Below are positions 1 to 10,879 of a stretch of DNA of 64,000 nucleotides, one piece after another. The notes below the pieces were generated by a model. That model was not told where the DNA came from and made no database searches. It worked only from the letters and a program-made list of their open reading frames with translations. How positions within the stretch are numbered: the first letter of the stretch is position 1; every line of letters begins with the position of its first letter. Source of the DNA: Camelus dromedarius (taxonomy: Eukaryota); assembly GCF_036321535.1 (NCBI RefSeq), contig NC_087436.1, positions 30,196,001 to 30,260,000 on the forward strand. The letters are read 5' to 3'. The position numbers and the translations under genes are program-made.

Positions 1-2269
1 ACTGATGGAAAAATACAAAGAATTAAATAAGACTGATGCATGGTGTGTAAATATAAACCAGAGGCAAATGGGATCCATGATTTCCGTATAGCACTGGTGA
101 TTATGTAAGGTAACTGGAAATTCCTTCTGCACTATTAACTCTTGTTACCATGCAGAGAGTGTCTGTAGCAGTTCTGTCTGCTCTAAGGACTGTTCTCTTA
201 AAATATGAAATAAAATGTTTTTTTACTCTGTTCTTTGCATCCTTCCCCCACCCCCAGTTTTACATTAAAATAATCATAAGAAATAATTTAATCTCATCTA
301 ACTAATTTTTTTTTTTTTTTTTACAATTTCCATCTATTTCACTCCAGGGTATTGGAATACAGCAATTTTCCCATTGCTAAACATCTGTGGTTTAAGCAAT
401 GGTGAATGTACGTGTATCTGAAATACCCACCTACATGATGCCTACGTACACCAAATGTTTCAGTTCCTGTTTTCCTCTGTTTATACCATAAACGTGGGAA
501 GATTAATTAGGGAATACCACAGGGACATAGGTGAGTCAGTTTCACAGTTTAGAGCCCTTAAACTTTTTGAGTCCTTCACTCAACTGCCTTTACAATCCAC
601 TAAATGCATAAAGGGAATAAAACCCCAATAGTTAACTATTAGTTAAAACTATTTTATTGCTAATCAAAAGTGTCTCAGAGTATCTAAACTTTCAAAGAAG
701 TTAAATGATATTCTCATGACTTCCTTGTAGTCAGTCTGTTTCAACCAGTATAACTCAACAGTCAGCACAGTGGGAGGGGAAGTAACTGCAGCTCCTCAAG
801 GAGACATTGTCGGGTGCTATCAGAATAAAAATGAAGATCGATAGACAGTCTTCCTTCCCATTGCCTTTTCCATCTTACTCGAGGTGACAAGAACTTTTGC
901 CAAGGTGATATCTCAGATAGGCCCCTTTGCTCACCTACAAACTTTATGGTAAAATAAATTTCTCCAGCTTAGAGAAATCACCCTTTTTTGCAAACTAATT
1001 TGTCTAGTTAAGAATTATACAAAACTGTAAAGTTCTTTCAAAGTTAAAAACTTTCCCCTCCCAGCTTGTCCCTGCCACAGGCTATTTAAGCACTGAGGGG
1101 AAGGAAACATTGGTGCCTTTTTATTCTGTTATTCTCATGTGTCTCTCCTTTCTTCCCCATTCACTAGACTGCCCCTGTCTTTTTCAGGGAAAAGCTGGAG
1201 CAGGAGGAATGGTAGGGGGCAAGAAATACCTAATTTGGCACTTAAATAATTCAGTGTTGTTTTCCTTTGGAAAATCCTAATGATTAAAGCTCATTTTCTC
1301 TCTTGGGTTGTCTTTGGGGATTTCTCAGAATTTCTTACAGGGTCCCAGCAAGTGGCTCTTTTGCTTTGAACAGTACTTCTTCTTGAGCTGGCTTCTTAAA
1401 ATTGTTCCTCAACTTCCACAGCTATGCTCCAGTTCCTTTGGGTGTGGGTCGCATCACCCACTGACACAATCCAGGGTGCACCTGTCCCTTTTAAAGCAGC
1501 CATAGGCCAACCAGTTCCTGCTAATTACATAACCTTGACCTTCTATCACAGGAAAAGCAGTAATTTGCAAATGCAGCCATCTTCCTTACCGCCACGGTCT
1601 CATCCCACCAGCAGCCCGTCTTCAGGTTTTTTTCAGTTAGACTCTGACACTAGTTCATAGTTTCCAATATATTCTAGAAAACATCTAACCATATCCTCTG
1701 AGTAGTGTCTTCACAAGAATTGAAATGAGGAGTGATTACTCACCAACCCTCAACCTTAGGTTGCAGAGTATCTCACCACACAACACCACTCTCCTCAAAT
1801 AAATCCTCCAGTTTCCACAATCTAAATTTTTTTATGCCATCAAATTGGTGACAGACTAAGGGTTGAAAACTGGTTTTAAATATATCCTTTATCATTCTTT
1901 ATGAGTCATCTAGTGCCTCACATTGGAATGTAGGACTACTAATTCACATATTTATGTTTTGTTTCTTGGCACCTGAACAGAAAACAAAAATGCCACCAAC
2001 AACCATACATGCACATACACACTCAAGAATACACACACACAGACACGAATGAACATATCAAAATGGAGTCTCATTTCAAGAAGCTGGTACCAGGTTATAA
2101 GGATGTCAAACTAAATACACTATGATGTTCCACACTGAAAACACAAAAAATGAACTGAAGAAGCCTGAGGTATATCAGGTATTAAATCATAATGTTAAGA
2201 TTATCACCGGAACACTCACCAAAATCTTGTATGTTATAGTCTGCTTTGAGGAAAGCACTTCAATCTTTA

Positions 2270-2633
2270 GAAATCAAAGAATGATATGATATCACTCATA
2301 TATGGAATCTAAAAAAAGACATAAATGAACTTATTTACAGAATGGAAACAGACTAACAGACACAGAAAATAAACTTACGGGAAGGGATAAATTAGGAATT
2401 TGGGATTAGCAGATACAAACTGCTATATATGAAATAGATAAACAAGAACCTACTGTACAGCACAGGGAACTGTATTCAATACCTTGTACCAACCTATCAT
2501 GAAAAAGAATATGAAAACGAAAATACGTATGACTGAAACATTATGCTGCACACCAGACATTGACAAACGTTGTAAACTGACTATAACTATAACTAAACTA
2601 CCTCAATAAATATTTGAATATGAATGAAAAAAA
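2270..2633 (+). mobile_element. L1 3' UTR fragment (cetartiodactyl/camelid-type)
   Basis: Diagnostic 3' UTR text ATCACTCATATATGGAATCTAAAA...GAACTTATTTACAGAATGGAAACAGACTAACAGAC...TGCTGCACACCAGACATTGACAAACGTTGTAAACTGACTATA; A-rich tail; homologous to the copies at ~5450 and 28206. Confidence 0.9.
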
Positions 2634-2729
2634 GTTCAGTCCAAACTTTAGAGCCACACAGTGCACATGTTGAGCTCAGTAAGACCTGTTGTTTGCTGTT
2701 TTCTTACTTTATTTTAAACTTCTGTTAAG

Positions 2730-2870
2730 TAATTATTATTCCCACTTTGCGTGGAAAAAAGACCATGAAGTTTAAATAATTCAGGTGTTCTCACTATGCC
2801 CATTTGTACACAATTGTCAGGTGGTGAAGGTGGGATTTAACAACGAAGCCTAGATTTCTGCCATTTTCTT
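2730..2870 (-). mobile_element. MIR SINE fragment
   Basis: ATTATTCCCACTTTGC...GTGGTGAAGGTGGGATTTAAC resembles reverse-complemented MIR. Confidence 0.5.
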
Positions 2871-4269
2871 ACTGCTCTGACTTCAAGAATTGACCTCAAG
2901 AATTATTAGAGGAGATCCTCATAAATTCCACTGGTATTAGATATCATATCGGATTAGATACACATGTGATAAAATGTAATAAATTTTTATTAAATCACTA
3001 AAGGAACTAGAATGATTTCATTTATTATGTACCGTTTGAGGTAGTTATCTAATTAATCAAGGTTTCCCATGACACAAGCTATAATTATACTCCTAGACTC
3101 TGGGTCCTGTGTTCCAACAGACGTGAGATGTGAGAAGACAGAGCTATGCTTATGCTCTGGCCACTACTCTACTCTTGTTCAGGATATGTTTGCCCCCACA
3201 TGACTTTATAAGGAAAACCAGTAGCCAGAATACAGCAATATCTCAAGTTCTGAAGAGGCAGAGTATAGGAACGTTATGTTGATCATACAAATCAGATATT
3301 ATGAACTGAAAAGCAGAATTTAGTCACACGATATTCTGAGACTCACTGAAGTTCAAGTTAGCAGTGATTATTTTTCCTTGGTTATGCATAAGTTAAGCTT
3401 AATGATTATGGTGTTTATATATTATTAAAAGTATTTATTAGTTAAGTTGCTGCTTAAAATAATAACTTGAGATAATTGTAAAGATTACTGGTGATTTTGA
3501 TTAATACGGTACCACTTCTATTGTTTTTACTTTATCCATCATCAATTCCTAGTGGAAAAGAAGTGACTGCTGTCAGTGAGATTGGCAGCACTTTTAAAAA
3601 TACCAAGGCTTTCAAAGTGTCTGTCCTATTTTTCCAGTTGTACCTGCAAAGTAGAGAAATAGTATATTCGATAATGGTATATTCAACTTCCTCATCTATG
3701 AAACAGACAAAATAGTGTGAAGAATAAATCAGTTACTATTATACATTGTTACACTAGTATTTTATTCTATATTGGTTAACAGTCAACACTCAATACATGT
3801 TAGCTATTGTCAGACTTTTTCTTCTATGTTTCAGTTTCCTCACCTTGTACTCTGTCTTCCAGTTAGTAGTCAAGAAAATACAGAAGAACTAAAATGTTAG
3901 TGACTATGAAAACATAGCTCCTGGTGTGATTTGTCATGTTCCTATAGTTTATGCACGGAAATGACCGTTTATAAATTTATTCTAGAAAAAAAGATCTAAG
4001 TAAGATATGCTTGAGCATTTCTTTGTTTGTTTCAAAGACATGATGTGGTTATAAACTTTAATTGATTGAGAGATTTGCACCAAAACTACATTAATCTGAT
4101 TTCTCCCACCACCAATAGTTATCATTATAATCACTAGTATTTAGTTCTATTACTAAACCAAATTTTCTAGGTTCTTAGCTATAACTTAGGTGAAATTAAC
4201 ACACTTTGAGAAGTTTTTGCCAGTTTAATCGGTCTCTTTTTTAGATACTGTCACAAACAATTTGTTCTG

Positions 4270-4420
4270 GTTGAAAAATCATGAATTTTGGAATCAACCC
4301 AAAACTGATCCAAATCCCAGCACATCCATTTACTAGTTGAATGAGCTTCATCAGTTCAAATTCCCTGAACCTCAACTTTCTCATCTCTATAATTCTTCTG
4401 AGAGTAAAAGATAATATTTG
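4270..4420 (+). mobile_element. MIR SINE
   Basis: TTTGGAATCA...CAAATCCCAGC...TTACTAGTTG...CTGAACCTCAACTTTCTCATCTCTATAAT (MIR core). Confidence 0.75.
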
Positions 4421-4826
4421 ACCTGATGTGTAGTAGAGAGCCAAAAATTGGAAATTGGGATACTTTTGATTGCAGAGAGACTCACTTTTATTCTTTATTC
4501 CAAATCATTATTTTGGATCTTCCAACCTTAGCAATGACAAATATTTTCCTGACAAAGCTAAGTGATACGCAAAACTGACTCAAAGGCTTCTCTTCGCACA
4601 AGATGACAAAGGGTGTTCTTGTTCAGGTTAGAGACTCCTCAATAAGCTCTAAGAAGAAACAATCAGAAGTGACCTGCATCTCCTCTGGGCTGGACTGGAG
4701 CAACGCTTCTATTTATCTTAAAATAAAAAGAAAATTTAAAATGCTAATAAAGGCATTGCTTCTATAAAGCAATACTTTTTGGGAATTAGCATAGCATAAA
4801 AAAATAAGTGCTCAGAGTTTGACTTC

Positions 4827-5309
4827 TGTATCAGCCAGAGCACTCCAGAGAAACAGAACCAACAGATATAAAGAGATGTATGATAAGTTATTAACTTGCA
4901 TGATGACAGAGTCTGGGAAGTCCCCAAATCTGCCTTCTGCGAGCTGGAGACTCAGGGAGGCATGTGGCGTAGTTTGAAGTCTTGAGAGCTGGAGAGTCAA
5001 TGGTGTAGATTCCAGTATAAGTTACGAAGGCCTGAGTACAGGAGCATTGAGGGCAAGGGGATACTGATGTCTCGGCTCAGTCAGACAGAGAGCTGGTGCA
5101 CCGTTCCTCCAATTTTTTGTTCTACTCAGGTCCTCAATAGATTGGATGATGTCTCCCATGTTGAGGAAGGCAATCCATTTTGCTCAGTCTGTCTATTCAA
5201 ATGCTAATTTCGTCTGGAAACATTCTCACAGACACACTCAGAAATGTTTAACCAGATATCTGGCTATTCCATGATCTAGTCAAGCTGATGTATAACCTTA
5301 AGTCTCACA
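4827..5309 (-). mobile_element. MLT2 (ERVL) solo LTR
   Basis: TG...CA ends; CTCCAGAGAAACAGAACCAACAG and CTGGAAACATTCTCACAGACACACTCAGAAAT match reverse MLT2; near-TSD ACTTC/CCTTC. Confidence 0.9.
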
Positions 5310-5420
5310 CCTTCTGAGTCTGTTACTTCTTAGCTTTGTGGTCTGTAACTTTAAGCCATTCACTTAAATGTTCTGTGCCTCAGCTTCCTCATTTGTGAAA
5401 CAGACAAAATAAAATAGTGT
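5310..5420 (+). mobile_element. MIR SINE (interrupted by MLT2)
   Basis: TCTGTTACTTCTTAGCTTTGTG...CTGTGCCTCAGCTTCCTCATTTGTGAAA. Confidence 0.75.
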
Positions 5421-5449
5421 GAAGTATAAATCAGTTATTATAAATCAGG

Positions 5450-5770
5450 AAAGACCAGGAGATTATTTATTAAGTGAAGTAAGTCAGACAGAGAAAGACA
5501 AATATCATGCTATCACTCATTTGTGGAATCTAAAAAGTGATATAAATGAACTTATTTACAAAACAGAAATAAACACACAGACATAGAAAACAAACTTACG
5601 GTTACAAAAGGGGAAAGTGGGGTGGCATGGGAAGGATAAACTGGGAGTTCGGAATTTGCAGATACTAACTGCTGTATATAAAACAGATAAATAACAAGGT
5701 CCTACTGTAGAGCACAGGGAACTATATTCAATACCTTGCAATGGCCTATAATTGAAAAAAATCTGAAAAA

Positions 5771-5826
<56 letters not shown>

Positions 5827-5860
5827 GAAAATTTGCTGTATACCTGAAAAAAAAAAAAAA
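5450..5860 (+). mobile_element. L1 3' end, truncated before the normal terminus, ending in A14
   Basis: AAGTGAAGTAAGTCAGACAGAGAAAGACAAATATC...GGTCCTACTGTAGAGCACAGGGAACTATATTCAATACC; A run 5847-5860. Confidence 0.92.
5773..5824. repeat. (AT)26 microsatellite inside L1 3' UTR
   Basis: Perfect AT dinucleotide run. Confidence 0.97.
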
Positions 5861-6134
5861 GTGTGAGTCTGAGGGAGATGAGCCAGAGAGCAGAGGAGGT
5901 GAAGTGCCCGTGGAGGCAGAGCCTGGGGCTGCAGGGCCTCAAGTCAGCGAGTGCCGACAGCCACTAGAAGTTGAAGGCAAAGAGCAGATTCTTCACCAGA
6001 GTCTCTAGAGAGGGCAGCCCCTTTCACACCTTGACTTCCGACTTCAGGTCTCTCCAGAACTTTGAGGAAGTGAGTTAATTTGATTGTGAGCCAAGACTGT
6101 AGTGATTTGTTATGCAGCCTCAGGAAACAACACA
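5861..6134 (+). mobile_element. MLT1B/C-like MaLR LTR, 3' half
   Basis: CAGCCACTAGAAGTTGAAGGCAAAGAGCAGATTCTTCACCAGAG...ACACCTTGACTTCCGACTTC...TTTGTTATGCAGCCTCAGGAAACAACACA. Confidence 0.85.
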
Positions 6135-8440
6135 AATGATCAGGTAACTGAAGAACCTTGCTAAGACAACAGTGATCTGTCCACTTCTTTCACAATAACC
6201 CATTATGAAAATAACTCTTTTTGAGACAGTAATCGTGAGTCCATTGCCTCCGTGGTATATTTACAAAGCTGATATATGAAAACACATAGAAAAGGAGTAC
6301 ATGGCATGGGACATTTGAATGCAGGGAGTGCATCTATACGTGTGTATGTGTCTGTACTTCAGGGAGGATGAAAGCTGACACGGATGTAGGGATGTCTGTA
6401 ATCCTGAATTCACACTAGTCAGAGGACCACTGCTTCACTTATGGAGCTACTGTTTTAAGCGCGGTTGTTGTAACAACAGTATTTCCAGATTATTTGTAAA
6501 GGAAATGATGGTTAAACTGCTGTGAGTGTTCATGAAATGTTGAGAATGTAAATATAACTGAAATTGAAATTAGGAGAGCATTTCAATGACCACAGGATTA
6601 TTGATTTTTTTTTTATCACTTTCCAAACATTTGGAACTGTCATGAATAAACAAACACTTAGTGTATAAACACCCACTTGCATTAGTGGCAAGTATCCCCA
6701 GAGCCGTTAGGGCTATGCACAAAGCTAAATACACAGAGTGCAATGTGTTTACATGCTTAGAATCTAAACAGAACATCTTTAGCGGGAAAAAGGAAAGGCA
6801 TATTTGAGAAATACCAATTACAGTAGAGTGTGAATCAGTGCAACAAAAATTTAATTGAAATATTATATGACTTACAGAGAAGCAATATGTTCAGAAAAAA
6901 ATCAAGCAGGGTTAAAGCAATAGCCATCTATCATTGTTTTTAAAAGCATTATGAGGAATTTAGAAAGATTTAGAAATTGAGAGAAAGTAAGCATGTTAAT
7001 CTCAGAACAGTATTTTAGGCAAATAAGGCAAAATATATAAACATATGCATATATATGGATATATGTTTAAACATGTATTTTGAAAAATAATTCAAATGAT
7101 AATTTAAATGAGGTCCATGAAAATTTTCATTCTATTTACCGTATGAAAAGTTGACTACAGAGAAAATTGTGCTGATTTTTAATCTTACAGAGTTTTCCTC
7201 ACCTCTAGAACAAATACAATCTTGGTAGCAGCAGAAATAGAGAAAAATGTTTATATGACTATCAGGAATTTAAACCATGCTTAATTCAACAGCACATCTC
7301 AAATGACCCATTAAGACTGCTAGGCAGTACTATGACTCTTCCCTTGCATGAGTCCCTTACTTCCCAAAGAAATATTTGTTATGCTTTCTTTTATTTTTCC
7401 TCTTCATACTTGTTGTGCCTTTTCCACCCATTTTTATTTTTCTTTATGAACTTAGCCATGCTTCATTGAGAAAATAGTAGAAATAAACCTAGAATTCCTT
7501 CATTTTCCATTACCATGCCTATACTATTTCTTTGAACACTTCTGCACCTGCACACTAGTCTCCTGTTTGATGGATGCAGTAGCCTTGCTTCTATCAGGGT
7601 TCTACACCTCCCTCTGCACTCTAGGTCCTGCATTCTCAACATCTCTTCTGCAATTTATTTGTCCTTCATTTCTATCATTTATTTAAAATTCTCTGTTAGA
7701 TTAATTTCCATAAGATTTTCACATACTATAGTATCTTCTATTTTAAAGAAAAAAAATCCTTGCTGTTACCTTGATTCAGTAACTAGCCCACTGCTTCTTT
7801 GCTTCCTGGCATGAAGAAATTTTCTAGAAAGAATTTACAGAAAGTGCAGCCATCAAGATGCTGTCTTAGTCCACTTAAATAAGACTTTTTTCCCCACAAC
7901 TCCATGGTGAAATGTCTCTTTAAAATCACCAGTGGACTTCATGTGATGAAGTCCAATAGTACTTATTTAGATGTATCTTACTTATACTTTTGGAAATATT
8001 CAACACAGGGGTACATCCCACTTCTTAAAACATCCTTTTTCTTGGCCTTCTCACAATGCACATTAGTTTCCCCTGTCACTTAAAAGAGTGCATCCTCTTA
8101 GTCTTCATGGCTAGTCCTGCCTCCTTTGATTGATGTCCAATTCACTCCGTAACTCTTCTCATGTCATTTCTTTCAGAGTTTTACAGAACATGAATAATCC
8201 TATGTAAAACATTCATATTTTTAGCCCCAGTCTATTCCCTAAATTCTAGACAATTTACATAGTATCTCAACTTAGTACATGCCAATTATGAATGTGTCCA
8301 AATTAACATGCACAAAATAAATTCTAGCAGTGCCTTGCTTCTCAGTATGTGGCACTTGATTTGGCTAGTTGTTGCTGGGAATAACTAAAGACCTAGGAAT
8401 CACCTTGAATTCCTCTCTTTTGTTCGATCCCTAAATCCTA

Positions 8441-8963
8441 TGCCAAGAGTCAGAAGGCTTGGAGATTTCTGAAAGAACTCACAAGAATTCATAGAGCACG
8501 CTCATGTAAGACGTTCAATGATGACAAAGAGAATGCAGGCAAACATCAGCGGGCCTTATGTGCACAGGAAACATTTTTTTCCCTCCCTCTGGACTTAAGC
8601 ATCAAGATTTGTCTGACAAATTGTGGTTTGAAGACAGTTCAAGGCAGGAGTTCACAGCAGGGTCATTTATTCCTCTTTGGTCCTATAGCTAAACTAGGCT
8701 GTCTAACCAGTCAGTCAGGTGAAAGCCACCAATAAAAAACTCAGCCCTGGGTGCTCCCAGGGACTTTAGCTTATAAAAAAGACATCATAAATCATTTGCT
8801 GCTAGTTATTTACTTAGCTGCCCTTATCTTTGCACAAGTATCAAAACCAGACATCCAGGCATCCCTGGAGATAAGAACAGATCTGCTCCGTTTCATCTGT
8901 TTAAGACGACGACGACAACAACAACAACAACAACAACAGCAAAAACTCCCTCATACTTACCCA
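8441..8963 (-). mobile_element. ERVL-type solo LTR, MER21/MER68/MER77-like
   Basis: TG...CA bounded with exact 5-bp TSD TCCTA (8436-8440, 8964-8968); GAAAGAACTCACAAGAATTCATAGAGCACGCTCATG resembles reverse MER21-group text. Confidence 0.65.
8905..8937. repeat. (GAC)4(AAC)7 compound microsatellite
   Basis: Read directly. Confidence 0.95.
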
Positions 8964-9249
8964 TCCTACAGGGAATTCTGTTGACTCTCTATATAAAGAC
9001 ATAGCTCCTTTTTTATTCTAATCATTTGGTACAAAATACCAACTTTTAAAATTGGGATCACCTGCATTTCCACTTAACTTATCCCATTGTACACCCTTTT
9101 CTCTCTCCCCACAAAGCATTCTGCACAAACTACAATTGGAAATATTTAAAAGTAAAAAGCATATCATGTCTCTCCCCCCCATTCAAATATTGTAATTTCT
9201 CTCTACCAAGTGAACATTTCTCTAAGTTTCTTGTAAATTTTGAAGTATT

Positions 9250-9440
9250 TTATCATTATAGCAAACTTATAAAGGGCGTATTCTTATTTTCTCTATTGTA
9301 CTGTTGAGGAAACTGAGCCACAGAGAGATACAGGAACTTTCCCGAAGTCACACAGGTTGTAAGCACTAGAGCAAGGAGTCGGATTCAGGAAGTCTGTCTC
9401 CGAAGGCTATCCTCTTAAGCACTAGACTATGTTTTCTCTT
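9250..9440 (-). mobile_element. MIR SINE
   Basis: TGAGGAAACTGAGCCACAGAGAG...CCCGAAGTCACACAG...CTCTTAAGCACTAGACTATG. Confidence 0.9.
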
Positions 9441-10879
9441 GATTACTTGATTATACTCATATTACATAAGCCTCTGTGTTTTCTTCCCACGCAGCAGTGT
9501 GAAGGGAACGCTGGTTTAAATCCTTAAAACAAAAGAAAGGATAGTCTGCTTTCTTTTCTTACTGCCTAAAACTGTCTAGTGAAATTTTATGTCTTAATCA
9601 AGTGAGGTCTCACGAGCACAGTAATATCTGAATTTCACCATTTATTAGAGAAATTGGAGCTTCATTTTAAGTTGAAGTCCCTTCAGAGACAAAGATAGGC
9701 TATGGTTTTGTATTTTTAAAAGCTTACGCTATTCAAGTGCCACTCCTGTTCATCACAATGAACGGGGCACGGTTAAAGCACACATCCTGTCGCAGCTGAA
9801 ATGCATGATCATCCTTTTTTTTTTTTTCCTTAACATACGTCTGCATCTTTAGTTTCATCTCATCCAGTTACTAGAATCATTCACTATTCTTGTCTTTGGT
9901 TCCATAGGTGAGGTGACAACCAAGACACTAATATTGTAAAAGTCAGTCATGAAAAAAAGTGTAGAAAAGTTCAATAAGATTTTGAAATAAAATGAGATAT
10001 TCTTGAAACTTAGTGAGGCAAAGGTTTTCTAAAGACTTTTTTTTGCCCTTTAAAGTGTTCACATTGTGATTTAACCACATTATTACTAGGCGAGATAGGG
10101 GAATCTCATTTGATACACTTCATTGTATTTTATATTAAAATTCAGGGATTCTGAGGCTTTTAATGCATAGAAATGTAGCAGAATTTACATCTTCTACTTT
10201 AGTAATCAGCCATGTTATTGTCTGTTACCCTTTGCTGATTCCAATGTCAGAAACAATACTTCTATCTATGTCTCAAACTGAATTCATATATGACTTAGGG
10301 TACAATTGAAATTCTGCACAATCTTACTTTAGCAGGTATAAGATAAATACACTTCAAATAACAAAGCAACTAATTGAATATGATTTAATAACACCAGTAA
10401 CTTTTTGCCACAAACTTTTGACACATACTTTATTATGACAAAATATTTATATTTTAAAATATATTTAAAGTATGTATCAACATGTATCTGTATGTATCTA
10501 TATTCATATTATTCCTGACATTTAGGATAAATCTTTTATTTAAAAAAAAAATCACTGGATTTTATAATTGAAAATGTTTGTTCTTGGGAACAAAGTGGAC
10601 ACTTTTTAGGAATAGTTTTTATTGAATTTGAATAATGAAAACCATACAGTGACAATGTAGGTCCAGAAAGCTGTACTTACAAGTAAATTACATTCTGATC
10701 TGTCAATATTAAAGCTCTCAGAGTAGGATGAAGATCTTCACATAGGTTTTTGTGGGGAAAGCAAATACAAACATCATTAATCTTTATCTCTTTATTCGTT
10801 TTTAAAGAATAAATATTTAAAGCACTATGCTATGACTTGTATGCTATTTAAGAAGTTGACTTGAAATTTCTGCTGTGAA

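Larger units (their letters stand above)
7450..9190 (+). mobile_element. L2 LINE fragment (interrupted by the LTR at 8441-8963)
   Basis: CTTCATTGAGAAAATAG; AAATCACCAGTGGACTTCATG...TTCAACACAG; ACCTAGGAATCACCTTGAATTCCTCTCTTT; L2-like text resumes after 8968. Confidence 0.8.

Noticed and set aside
5556..5942. 128-aa ORF with IYIYIY run
   Set aside because: Antisense L1 3' UTR plus (AT)n repeat
8751..8984. ORF with RRRRQQQQQQQQQ resembling a polyQ protein
   Set aside because: Translation of the (GAC)(AAC) microsatellite inside an LTR; no ATG start or splice context
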